This document shows, one piece after another, positions 17,347-27,006 of a stretch of DNA of 50,562 bases. The stretch's first letter is position 1, and the number at the start of each line of letters is the position of its first letter. The notes below the pieces were generated by a model. The model was not told the DNA's origin. It did not search any database and saw nothing but the letters and a program-made list of their open reading frames with translations. Position numbers and translations under genes: made by a program. Source of the stretch: an uncultured archaeon (GTDB lineage Archaea > Iainarchaeota > Iainarchaeia > Iainarchaeales > VGJJ01); contig CAYHNT010000005.1 of assembly GCA_964358055.1 (NCBI GenBank), positions 1 through 50,562 on the forward strand, written 5' to 3'.

Positions 17347-18380
17347 CTTTTTCTCAATTCTTCCAGAATTATTCGTCCCTGCTCATTGGGGTCGAGTCCC
17401 TTAATTCTTTCCGCTATTCGTTTGAATTTGGAAACAGTGATTCGATCCAACTGGGGGGCGACCACTTCGTAATTTAGTGCTCTTTGGTTGCGTCTGACGT
17501 ACTCCTCAATTTTCCTTCTCAAAAGTTCGCGCGCAGCAAAACGTGGAATGTCCTGATAGAAGATGGAATTTCCGTACATTTTTCTTTCCTGTGCTTCTCC
17601 CACGATTGAATCAAACGGAAGACTTGATGTCACGCGTTCGTGGCTAATTCCTGCTACAAAGAATATTTTTCCTTTTGGAAATTCGCGTGCGACCTGCATG
17701 AGGGTGTTTTGCATTACCCTATCACGACGCTGCAGATAATAATCAAGAATCCTAAATTGTGCGGTCAGTTTTTGGTGGGCCACGCGCAAATCATTTTCCT
17801 GGAACGGCCTTCTCCAGATTTCTGTCAGAACATTGTTCCACACCCGCTCCGGAAATGAATATTTCTCTGCAACCCGGATAGGGATGTCGCGGTAGATACT
17901 TTCTGCCAGAATTGGAGCCATGAATGCATCAAAAGGAGGAGTGCGCGTCACCATTTCATATGCCCGTTCCCGTTTGGCCTCTTCACTCAATCCTTTTGTT
18001 TCTTCCCTGAATCGCTGGCGTAGTCGGTCGCAGTGTTGAACGTACGATGCTGCACTCTTGGGCGAAGCATCTCCCATTTCCCGAACAATGACCGAAACGT
18101 GTTTCTTTTGAGCCGCTGCGCGCAAATGTTCGGCAACCCATTCTCCTCGCTCGCGACCCTCATGGCCGGCGTACACTGCAATTCCCCGTTGTTTAAATGG
18201 AGGCCAAATATGGGCCACGTTCGCCGCAATCGTAGATGCTAATACCGCGGCCGCTGCATATTGTCCAATTAGTTTTATTCCAATACGGGGCGTAAGGGCT
18301 GCCTTCAGTTTAGATGAGTAAGAAGTCTCTCGAAAATTTCTCCAACGCTGCACCATTCTTTTAACGATTTGACGGGTCAT
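17343..18380 (-). CDS. Hypothetical protein, possible TraB/Tiki/EreA-ChaN-like fold
   Basis: Arg-rich N-terminus plus hydrophobic segment; motif series YAGHE...VIVRE...RRDRVM...FVAGISH. Start at ATG 18380. Confidence 0.6.
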   Translation of the reverse strand: MTRQIVKRMVQRWRNFRETSYSSKLKAALTPRIGIKLIGQYAAAAVLASTIAANVAHIWPPFKQRGIAVYAGHEGRERGEWVAEHLRAAAQKKHVSVIVREMGDASPKSAASYVQHCDRLRQRFREETKGLSEEAKRERAYEMVTRTPPFDAFMAPILAESIYRDIPIRVAEKYSFPERVWNNVLTEIWRRPFQENDLRVAHQKLTAQFRILDYYLQRRDRVMQNTLMQVAREFPKGKIFFVAGISHERVTSSLPFDSIVGEAQERKMYGNSIFYQDIPRFAARELLRRKIEEYVRRNQRALNYEVVAPQLDRITVSKFKRIAERIKGLDPNEQGRIILEELRKS

Positions 18381-18444
18381 GTTCTTGCTGGGTATTTCCA
18401 GGATAAAAAGACACGCTGAAACCAAGTTAGTAATTTCGAAAAGA

Positions 18445-21400
18445 CTAGTCGAACAGCGTCTTCTGTTCCTTGATTTGGGACTCTATTTTCTTCTTTGCGC
18501 CCTTCTCAAACGCTTCTCCTAATTGCTTTTTTACACTCAATGCAGTTGCAACCCCTATCACTTTCGCAAGGTCCTCTGCACGTGTTTTTTTCACATCCGA
18601 GACATTCTTGATTCCCACATTGAACATTTTTCTCGCACGCACACGTCCAATTCCTCGTAATTCGCACAAGAGAATTAATTCCTCTTTGATTCCGCTCGTT
18701 AAGCGCTTGCGCATCTTGGAAATAAGCGGAACATGCTGGGATTTTCCAACTAAAGGAGAAAGTTCTGCTAATGCGTACAACAACCAGTCACCCCTTTGTA
18801 GTTTGTGACGAATCAATCCCGGCGCCACGTTGTATTGTTCCAATAATTCTTGCTCGGGCAACTCATTCATCCATGCTTCAAGGAATTTAGTGGTTTGGAA
18901 CTTCTCCGCAATCTGTCCATCGGCATAAATAGCATCCCGATTGTCTAAAGGAAGCTCTTCCCAACGCGATTGAATCTCCTCCCACACCTCCACTTCCTTT
19001 TTGGCCGAAACATTCACATACGGACGCATTTCCGTAGTATCCGTGAGTGAAAATAACACGGAGAACGTGTTGAGCTTGTCTCGTTTAATTTTTTGAATGA
19101 GTGCATTGGCGGAAAGAGGATCTAAATACAACTCCGCGACACGCTGACCAATTTTAGTAGTACCAAAACGATGTTCTTCTCCATCAATGAACTCTAACTC
19201 GTATAATTCGCGAATTAATGCACGGAGCATCCGCTTCAAGTTGTCCATGTCCTTGTATTGCTGCGCGTAAAGGGTGCGTGAGAAGAAATCATCCATAGTT
19301 TCAATGTCAAACACGTAACGTGAAGCGATAAGTGCGAGCAAATGCATGCGCAGGATGGGCTGAACTCCTAATTTGGAGCTTACTTTCTCCATTTCTCCCA
19401 AAATATAATTGCGCATCACGTCTTCCGCGTCCATTTCGTGCTTGCACAACACAATACTCTCTCCTGCCTTGTCGTATTTGGGTCTTCCAGCGCGCCCCGC
19501 CATCTGTCTATACTCACGTACCGGGATATTTTTCATTCCGGAAAAATCGAAGCGCTGTAGTGATGTAATAATTACACGAAAGGCTGGCATATTTATTCCT
19601 GCTGAATTATGAATTAGAACTCCTTCAGCTGCAAAATAGTGGTCGCTTGAACCGTCTGAAGGCAAGACGACGTCGTAAACGAAAGGATGTTTTTCCGGAC
19701 CTTCAATTGTAATGTTATTGATAAAATCCCAAAAAATGTCCCCTTCAAAGTCACTTTTTCGCCAATTTTCCCTTATCTGTGTCTCTAATTTTTCTCTACA
19801 TATTGGGCACGTTTGCGAAAATAATCCATTTACATCTTGTTTTTCTACTAAAACTTGCTGGAAAACAGTTGTTCCAAGTTGATTGAGCTGCCAAATCTTT
19901 TCATTTCCTTGCCTTATACGACTAACAAGTGCTAAGTGGTGGTCAAGTCGTTTTTCGCCTTTGTATGGAATAAAGCCAAGCACTTTTTGCAGCTCCGCCG
20001 AGCTTGTTGGACCGTTCTTTCCAAGTTCTTCAATTATTTTGAGCTTCTGGGCGCCCCATTTTTTTTGCACATGCGTTCGTCCATCAAAAAGGCTATGATT
20101 CAATTGATAATTGCATGTTGTACATGAAGAATAGTTAATCTCTTTTTGCAGTTTAGTGCAGAGTGCATCGAGTGCTTCTCTTTTACGAGAAAGTCCAAAT
20201 CCAACCTTTTCTCTAAAGTCAATGATGCTTCTTTTTTGTTCAATGACTATTTCATAGCACTTTTTTGTTTGATATGTCCTTTCTCCCATTGTCATTTCAG
20301 ATGGTTCGCGTTCACGCAAGCGTGTGACAATTCCAAAGAATAATAGTGCTTTTTGGATTTGATGAACAAGTTCAACTGAAATATTGCTAAATCCCACTCC
20401 TTTGTTCTTGGTGACATATCCATCGGTGTCGAATACCCCATGAAGCAATGCTTGAATAGACTGAAGGTCGGAGTTTAGCAATTCTTTTGCAATATATTTA
20501 CTTTCGCCTTTTTCGATTCCGCATCGAACCCAGAATTCACGGCACCACTTGTTTTTGCCAAAAAATATGCAAGGGACTCCATATGAATTATTTGATTGTC
20601 GAGTGTGCAACCCGTATTTTTGACAAAACGACAGGATTTTATCGAAAATTTCTGGATCACGACCGACGATGCACGGCTCTGCTTTATAAATAATATTTCC
20701 ATTTCGTGTTTCCGCGCCAGAATATCCGTCTCCTAACATTGCACCGATTACATAGAAATCATCGGTTTGTAAAATGACATCTTTATGAGGTGAAGTGGGA
20801 GAAAAGTCCCCCATTCGAAGAATTTCTCCTTCAGGAGAAGGTAGTTGCCGAACGGTAGCAATCTTGTCTCCAATTTTACACTCTCCGGCGGTTAATGTGA
20901 TTTTTTTTCTGCCTCTTTTGACCAAAAGTTGATGATTTTCAGTAATTGCCAGTTGTCGACCGCTTGTGGAATAGATGGTGACAATATCGCGTTCGTTTGG
21001 AATTTTTATAATATCGTTAGCATTGATATTCACTATTTTATTTCCTTTTAGTGCTAAAAGAGTTCCATTAGCTGCAAAATCTTCTACTTTCACTTCTTCT
21101 TTTCCATTCCAAATTCGAGTTTTAGGGGTAATGCATAATGTAGGGGTTGCGGCGATGGTTTTGATGAGTCCATTTCGAAAATTTTCTTCGACTAGCTCGC
21201 GTTGTCTCGTAACTAACCCCGCGTGATGAAATGCCGCCCCATTTCGCACGAGTCCAGCCAGCTTTTTGCATTGCTCCGTAGGACTTTCGAGTGCGTTTTC
21301 AATCTTTTGAGCCACTTTCTCTAATTGTTTCTTCTCATCTGGGACTAGTTTAGGATTAATGATGATGGCCGACTGCTTGGCCAAACTTTCCGCACGCGGA

Positions 21401-22137
21401 CGCGTGTTGGCAAACACTAACGCTTGCTTTTTTTGGGCGAGCGTATCTTCTAACAACGCTTCTAATGGATCCTCTTTCTTCAATTCCAATTCTTCTTCGC
21501 CTTTGAACACCACTTTCTGGTGAAAATGAACACCTTCTTTCAAGGGAACAGGTCGATAATTGGATTCAATCAATTCGGCTTTCAACCACACACTCAATTC
21601 GTCTGCATTTGGGATAGTGGCGCTCAATGCGACGATTTGAATTTTGGGATTGAGCATGCGCAATTTCGTAATCACCATTTCAAGTGTGGCGCCGCGATCC
21701 GAATCCAACTCGTGTACCTCATCAATAATCAATACGCCTACTTGTTGTAACCATTCGGCACGATGAATAAGCAACGAGTCTAATTTTTCATACGTGGTAA
21801 AAAGAAAATCGTATTGGGAAAGATATTTTGAACTTGAATCCATGTCTCCTGTACTTACGGCCATTTTGATTTGGTGCTTCTCCCCATATTTTTCTTTCAA
21901 ATCCTTGTAGTGTTCCCCGGCGAGCGCACGCAAGGGACACGTGTACATGGCCTTTTTTCCTTTGTTGAGAATAGACTCTAATCCTACAAGTTCGGCGATA
22001 ATGGTTTTTCCACTTGCAGTAGGGGAGGCTATGACCATGTTCTTGTTCTGCCAATCCACCTCCAATACTTTGGACTGCATGGGATTGAACGTGGAAAAAC
22101 CGTTGGCTTCCTTCACTAGCTCAGGGATGGAGGGCAT
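18445..22137 (-). CDS. hel308: Hel308/Hjm Ski2-like DNA helicase, intein-containing
   Basis: SPTASGKT, DEVH, LSAT, AFHHAGL, ATPTL^SAGINMP, QMAGRAGRP, HhH GIGRVRARKMF and PIP-like QKTLFD. Confidence 0.96.
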   Translation of the reverse strand: MPSIPELVKEANGFSTFNPMQSKVLEVDWQNKNMVIASPTASGKTIIAELVGLESILNKGKKAMYTCPLRALAGEHYKDLKEKYGEKHQIKMAVSTGDMDSSSKYLSQYDFLFTTYEKLDSLLIHRAEWLQQVGVLIIDEVHELDSDRGATLEMVITKLRMLNPKIQIVALSATIPNADELSVWLKAELIESNYRPVPLKEGVHFHQKVVFKGEEELELKKEDPLEALLEDTLAQKKQALVFANTRPRAESLAKQSAIIINPKLVPDEKKQLEKVAQKIENALESPTEQCKKLAGLVRNGAAFHHAGLVTRQRELVEENFRNGLIKTIAATPTLCITPKTRIWNGKEEVKVEDFAANGTLLALKGNKIVNINANDIIKIPNERDIVTIYSTSGRQLAITENHQLLVKRGRKKITLTAGECKIGDKIATVRQLPSPEGEILRMGDFSPTSPHKDVILQTDDFYVIGAMLGDGYSGAETRNGNIIYKAEPCIVGRDPEIFDKILSFCQKYGLHTRQSNNSYGVPCIFFGKNKWCREFWVRCGIEKGESKYIAKELLNSDLQSIQALLHGVFDTDGYVTKNKGVGFSNISVELVHQIQKALLFFGIVTRLREREPSEMTMGERTYQTKKCYEIVIEQKRSIIDFREKVGFGLSRKREALDALCTKLQKEINYSSCTTCNYQLNHSLFDGRTHVQKKWGAQKLKIIEELGKNGPTSSAELQKVLGFIPYKGEKRLDHHLALVSRIRQGNEKIWQLNQLGTTVFQQVLVEKQDVNGLFSQTCPICREKLETQIRENWRKSDFEGDIFWDFINNITIEGPEKHPFVYDVVLPSDGSSDHYFAAEGVLIHNSAGINMPAFRVIITSLQRFDFSGMKNIPVREYRQMAGRAGRPKYDKAGESIVLCKHEMDAEDVMRNYILGEMEKVSSKLGVQPILRMHLLALIASRYVFDIETMDDFFSRTLYAQQYKDMDNLKRMLRALIRELYELEFIDGEEHRFGTTKIGQRVAELYLDPLSANALIQKIKRDKLNTFSVLFSLTDTTEMRPYVNVSAKKEVEVWEEIQSRWEELPLDNRDAIYADGQIAEKFQTTKFLEAWMNELPEQELLEQYNVAPGLIRHKLQRGDWLLYALAELSPLVGKSQHVPLISKMRKRLTSGIKEELILLCELRGIGRVRARKMFNVGIKNVSDVKKTRAEDLAKVIGVATALSVKKQLGEAFEKGAKKKIESQIKEQKTLFD
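19606..21135 (-). mobile_element. Intein (510 aa) with LAGLIDADG homing endonuclease in Hel308
   Basis: C1 (CITPKTRI), ITENHQL, VIGAMLGDG and LLHGVFDTDG blocks, VYDV...HYFAAEGVLIHN/S. Removal restores ATPTLSAGIN. Confidence 0.95.
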
Positions 22138-22190
22138 ACTATTCTGATGGGGCCTGTATCATTTTAACGACGCAGGGAGTGGGCCGCCAA

Positions 22191-23612
22191 CTACTCTAGT
22201 TCCTTATCCTGCTTGTATTCTTTTCCGAGCTTCATCGCCGTAATCGCTTTGTGCAACTCGGCCCCCAAATAAAGCGCGTGATCCTGCTTCATTATCATGT
22301 TCGAGTGTGCGAGGAGCGTGAATAATTCCTCCAATGCCTTCTTCTCATCCAAGTGAGTGTTTTCCCAAGAGAACTGGGTCTTTTCTCCAATGGGAGTGAA
22401 ATGCTGAATGGTAATTTTCTTGGTCTCAGGCTTCACCTGAATCACAAAATTCCCACGAGGATCGGGAGCAAAGCGATAAGAGGAGGGAAGATAGTTTTTG
22501 GCCAGTATTTTCTTGGCCTCCTCCCATTTTGTATCGTAAATGTGCGCCGAAGTGGAGAGCACTATGAGTGAACCCAAGGGAATGTTGGTTTCCGTCGAGA
22601 CTTTTTTCTGCAACTCTCTCCATCCGAATAAATTGAGGGGCCATCCCTCAAACATGTCGTGGCTTCGCACCAAACACGTTTGTTGAAGCTTCCCATGCGA
22701 CACGGACCAAATAACCTCGGTTAAACACGGAGGATTTTTGTCCGAAATATCTTTCTCCGTATGCCACGTCACCGCCACTGCGCGACGCGTGTAGGGGGTT
22801 TTCTTCAAGTAATTAATCGCATGCTCCACTTGATTAATTTCAACCGAACCCGGCCACGCATGGAGGCGCGAACCATAGGTGTACACCACGTTTTCGGGTT
22901 TCTCTGCTGTCAATACTTTTCCTTTGTAATCCTCAAAGTCGCGCGCAGTAAAAGGAAGAAATTCAGGAATACCTGCGTCATCGCCTTCAATCACGCACAA
23001 CAAATTGAGTATCTCTTTCTGCTTGTTCCCATACTCCGTGGGCTTTTCTTCCCCAAACTTCATGATCATGTCTAATAACTGGAGCCAGCCACTCGAAATA
23101 GTGGGCGCACGCACCATGAATCCTTGCTTTTCCGATTGAAAGGTTTGAAATGCAGGAGGCTTGGGCTCAGGAAAAGATTGAGAAGGAGCAAATGCGGAAT
23201 GAGAAGGGAGTGAGGGAAGAATAGTGGTCAATTCATCCATGGGCTTTCCCCGCAAATCAGTCAACTTGACATGTTGACGAAGCATTTCGAGTGATTCACG
23301 TGGAATTTCAGACTGAAAACCAAACGTGGTGCCTTTGACTTTACCATTTTCATCCAATCCATGTTCGAAAAAAGCCGTGATGATATCCCCTGAGTGCGTT
23401 AGGTCCGCGCCGAACAACACCATGTTTCGCCAATGCGGATTTTGCCAAATGGCACGGGAAATAGTGTTGAGTCCATCATAGGAATACAAGTTGGCACATA
23501 CAGCGAACTTTTCCTTATCGAGCTTTTGGGCCACGGGTTGTGCAAGAGTCCAAAACGTACAAATGACGGTCGAAGACTTTAGGTTCCCCTCAATGTAGTG
23601 CTCGCTGCTCAT
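22191..23612 (-). CDS. thyA: Archaeal-type thymidylate synthase fused to an N-terminal MtrA-like and a C-terminal DUF4346-like domain
   Basis: YTYGSRL, TRRAVAVTW, catalytic PPC, RSHD...WPLN, SAHIY; N-terminal NLYS..G...NPHWRNMVLFG; C-terminal DPRGNFVI...HALYLGAEL.KA...YKQD. Confidence 0.85.
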   Translation of the reverse strand: MSSEHYIEGNLKSSTVICTFWTLAQPVAQKLDKEKFAVCANLYSYDGLNTISRAIWQNPHWRNMVLFGADLTHSGDIITAFFEHGLDENGKVKGTTFGFQSEIPRESLEMLRQHVKLTDLRGKPMDELTTILPSLPSHSAFAPSQSFPEPKPPAFQTFQSEKQGFMVRAPTISSGWLQLLDMIMKFGEEKPTEYGNKQKEILNLLCVIEGDDAGIPEFLPFTARDFEDYKGKVLTAEKPENVVYTYGSRLHAWPGSVEINQVEHAINYLKKTPYTRRAVAVTWHTEKDISDKNPPCLTEVIWSVSHGKLQQTCLVRSHDMFEGWPLNLFGWRELQKKVSTETNIPLGSLIVLSTSAHIYDTKWEEAKKILAKNYLPSSYRFAPDPRGNFVIQVKPETKKITIQHFTPIGEKTQFSWENTHLDEKKALEELFTLLAHSNMIMKQDHALYLGAELHKAITAMKLGKEYKQDKELE

Positions 23613-23812
23613 TACAATACTCCCAACAAACGGAATACGTCACTGGAGACATTTAAGTGTTCCGAAAAAAGAGGAGCAAAGAGGGTGGCGTGAGTTTCCC
23701 CGCGCCTTACGCCAGTTTGGCGTTTCCCTCGTTGAGTGTGAGAAAGAGATGAATGAGTTGTGGGATAGTTGAACCTGTTCCAACCCCAAATCGCCGTAGG
23801 TTCCGTTGGATT

Positions 23813-24070
23813 TTATCTTCCGCGTTTTCTATTTTTTCGCGTACGAAGCGGGAGAAGTTTTCCCTTGACTTGCTTTGCTACCCTTTTCTCAGAAGCATGA
23901 GGCCGGTTGAGAATACGCCTTTCCTTGATGACCACCAAAGGAGGCTCGCCTTTCGTTTTGCTGTATATTCCAATGAACAATTGTTTTTGCACACTTTCAG
24001 GAAGAGAAAGAAACTCGGCTTCCGTGATAATCATTCTTCGAAAAAGAGGCGTTTTTTCATTAGGCATCAC
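23813..24070 (-). CDS. Small basic hypothetical protein
   Basis: 85-aa Arg/Lys-rich ORF with TTTATA just upstream on its strand. Confidence 0.5.
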   Translation of the reverse strand: MMPNEKTPLFRRMIITEAEFLSLPESVQKQLFIGIYSKTKGEPPLVVIKERRILNRPHASEKRVAKQVKGKLLPLRTRKNRKRGR

Positions 24071-24097
24071 GTTGAGAGTAAGGTGGACTATAAAGGA

Positions 24098-24769
24098 TTA
24101 TTTCTTTTCGCTTTCTTTTCCCCACTTTAACAATTCCTTAAGGGCAAAAATCTGCTTCTGAGTCTCATTTACCTGTTCCTGCGTTTTACCCATTAAACTC
24201 TTTGAAACATCCATCTGCAATTGCTTACGATCATCCGCATGCTTGGCTAATCCTTTATGATTTTTGTACACAATACTCGTTTTCACCGTCTCCGTGAGTT
24301 GTTTACGATACTCTTCATTGTGCACAAACGCATCAATCATGGGACGATACTTTGCATCGGAAATTAATGAGGAATGCAAGTCAATCGTACGTGCATCATT
24401 ACGATATTGTGAATCAGTAATTTTCTTCGACACATGCTTCCAATACAAGGGATCCGTTACTTTCTGCACATGCGCCACGGCATTTTTAGAAGACGCTTTC
24501 AAATGGGTCATTTGCCAATTCCAATTTTTAGTGGACTGATCTTTATGCTTCAATGCTAATTCACCAATTTGATCTTCTAATTTTTCAACACCCGGATACA
24601 CTAATGCGGGCCATTTCGCATTGGGTATTTCCACATCCAACTGAACAATGCCTCTTTTGGAGAAATAATACTCCAATGCTTTCTTTCGATTTTGGTTACT
24701 CTCCAGGAAGGAAGCTCCCTCCAATCGCTTTTTCAGCTTCTCCATGGACTCAAACACTTCAATAGACAT
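24098..24769 (-). CDS. Hypothetical helical/coiled-coil protein
   Basis: Long ORF with host-like codon use, divergent from nac; family not recognised; start uncertain. Confidence 0.75.
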   Translation of the reverse strand: MSIEVFESMEKLKKRLEGASFLESNQNRKKALEYYFSKRGIVQLDVEIPNAKWPALVYPGVEKLEDQIGELALKHKDQSTKNWNWQMTHLKASSKNAVAHVQKVTDPLYWKHVSKKITDSQYRNDARTIDLHSSLISDAKYRPMIDAFVHNEEYRKQLTETVKTSIVYKNHKGLAKHADDRKQLQMDVSKSLMGKTQEQVNETQKQIFALKELLKWGKESEKK

Positions 24770-24830
24770 AGACATAAACACTTGTGACGCGTGCATCTAA
24801 AAGCATTTCCACCCAGAAAACTGACTACCT

Positions 24831-25181
24831 ATGATCCCCGGATTAGGCGGAATGAACCCCGCCCAAATGAAAGCCATGATGAAACAGTTCGGCATCAAGA
24901 GCGACGAGCTCGATGTCAAGAGTGTTATTATTGAAACAAATGATGGAAAAAAAATCATATTCGACTCGCCCCAAGTAACGGCAATAGATATGAAGGGACA
25001 GAAAACCTACACCATTGCTGGAGAATCACGAGAAGAAGGAACAGGAACCACTATTTCCGAAGAAGACATTGAATTGGTGATGGACCAAACAAATTGTTCA
25101 CACGAAGACGCACTTTCAGCATTAGAAGAAAGTAACGGTGATTTAGCTGCGGCGATTTCCTCATTAAAAAATGAAAAATAA
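24831..25181 (+). CDS. nac: Nascent polypeptide-associated complex protein
   Basis: GGMNPAQMKAMMKQFGI...GQKTYTIAG and UBA domain EDIELVMDQT...NGDLAAAI. Confidence 0.95.
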   Translation: MIPGLGGMNPAQMKAMMKQFGIKSDELDVKSVIIETNDGKKIIFDSPQVTAIDMKGQKTYTIAGESREEGTGTTISEEDIELVMDQTNCSHEDALSALEESNGDLAAAISSLKNEK

Positions 25182-25182
25182 G

Positions 25183-25365
25183 TTAACGGCGCGACTTTTT
25201 CTTTTTCGCGCGCGTTGATTTGGTTGTTTTTCGTGTACTGCTTTCAATTGTCGTCATTCCACTCGTCTGATTCGACAAGCGTACCAGAATGAGGATTTGC
25301 AGAATAATGAATAGTGCCTGTGCTACGAAAAGCAAAAACAGCTCAGGCTCCGAACCAAATACCAC
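25183..25365 (-). CDS. Small single-TM protein with basic tail
   Basis: One TM helix followed by a Lys/Arg/Thr-rich tail; fits the gap exactly. Confidence 0.6.
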   Translation of the reverse strand: MVFGSEPELFLLFVAQALFIILQILILVRLSNQTSGMTTIESSTRKTTKSTRAKKKKSRR

Positions 25366-25539
25366 GATTTATCGCCTCGAGCGCGTGGGTTGCTGAGACA
25401 AGCGAAACAAAATCACAATGCTCAACACGATGGACACGGTTTGCCCAAGAAAAATTACTAATTCAGCCATACTCAAAAACGCCATATGAACCGACACTCC
25501 TTAGCATGGCAAAACCGAACCAACTATTTAAATCTGCGT

Positions 25540-26880
25540 TCATTCGGAAGGATTTTCGACTCCATTAACGTAGGCGAGTTCTCCGCGCAACGCAATGGCG
25601 TTCACTAAAATCAACACACTTTGCCCAACAGAATGACCGGGACTCAACGAAACCGAAATCACCGAATTAGGCACAGTAAATGTTTGCGTATTATCATTCG
25701 TTGAAATCGTTTCGGCGGAAACGAATCCATTCTGATACACTTCAACTGAGGCATTGGCATCGAGGCTTGCGAAATAGGACTCGAGCGCAGTTGCAACGGC
25801 ACCATTCACCACGCTCAACGTATTCATATCAATCAAGAACTGATTGATAGGCGCATCGAATACTACTACCGGATTTTGAAACGTAAGCGCGCCAATCTCA
25901 TCCGTGAGAAGGACTTTCGCCTCTGAAGCATTAACTTGGTTTAATCCAACCGAAAAACCACCATTGTAAGGTGTAAACGTAGTGAATGATTCAGCGTGAG
26001 TTTGCACATACGCTTGCAATTCTGCAGTAATGGTATTCGCATCCGCATAATCCACGTTTAACGTGTTGTTTACCGTGGGAAAGAATGGAATCGTAACGCC
26101 TTCCACTCCAGGTAAATCTTCGATGTCGCTAATTAATGATTCCGCAGAGAAACCCGGATAATATTCAACAGTCCCCGCTACACTCAACGAGGGGAGTAAT
26201 TGGACAATCTCGTATTCTTTCGAAAATGAAATAGGAGTAGGGGAAGCCGTGAGATTCTGGCTCTCCAATACATACGCATTCACCATATTGGTTCCTTGAA
26301 ATGCAGCCGCAAGTGTACCCGTAATAACATCCCCCTGTTCGGTTTGTGCAAACACGATGGCAGGAATTTGGGTAATGGGAAGTGTGATGCGTGTGAGTTG
26401 ATTGTCCTCATTCAACACTTCATGATCGGCTTCCACTTGAATGGACCCATCAAAATAAATTTCAGGAATAGAAAAATACTCAAGCATGTTCACGGCATCC
26501 ACAAATACGGCCTTGTCTGCACCGTCTTTCAATTTAACATTCGCAATATACGTACGATCTCCTGCGGTAGTACTGATTTGTGCAAACTGAGAAGAAACAC
26601 TTTCAACGTTTTCAATGTCTTGAATGGCCGCATCAATCACGGTCTTATCCGTTTCAATTACATCCCCAGCGACAATCGCGGAGGAAAAGACTTCCAAAAT
26701 AGTTCCCTGCACTTCTTCGGCAGTATACTGATGAAACTCAGGGGTTGTCGTATCGGTAGGTTCCTGCGTGGCAGACTGACTCCCCACAAATACCGCGACA
26801 CCGGACAACAACATTAAGGCAATAATCAAAATCGCCCCCCACTTTATACTTGAACTCTTAGGGGTTGTTGAAATCGCCAT
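25540..26880 (-). CDS. Exported/membrane-anchored acidic hypothetical protein
   Basis: N-terminal TM/signal (KWGAILIIALMLLSGVAVFV) and an acidic Thr/Val-rich body. Start at ATG 26880. Confidence 0.8.
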   Translation of the reverse strand: MAISTTPKSSSIKWGAILIIALMLLSGVAVFVGSQSATQEPTDTTTPEFHQYTAEEVQGTILEVFSSAIVAGDVIETDKTVIDAAIQDIENVESVSSQFAQISTTAGDRTYIANVKLKDGADKAVFVDAVNMLEYFSIPEIYFDGSIQVEADHEVLNEDNQLTRITLPITQIPAIVFAQTEQGDVITGTLAAAFQGTNMVNAYVLESQNLTASPTPISFSKEYEIVQLLPSLSVAGTVEYYPGFSAESLISDIEDLPGVEGVTIPFFPTVNNTLNVDYADANTITAELQAYVQTHAESFTTFTPYNGGFSVGLNQVNASEAKVLLTDEIGALTFQNPVVVFDAPINQFLIDMNTLSVVNGAVATALESYFASLDANASVEVYQNGFVSAETISTNDNTQTFTVPNSVISVSLSPGHSVGQSVLILVNAIALRGELAYVNGVENPSE

Positions 26881-27006
26881 AGTAGTATCCGTCCTCGCTC
26901 TAAAAACACTGAAAAAGATTAAAAACAAGGGTTTTTGGTCATCCTTTTACCGTATGCCGACTCTTAAAAGGCTTTGTTCGGGGAAAATGAATGAGGGATA
27001 TACTGC

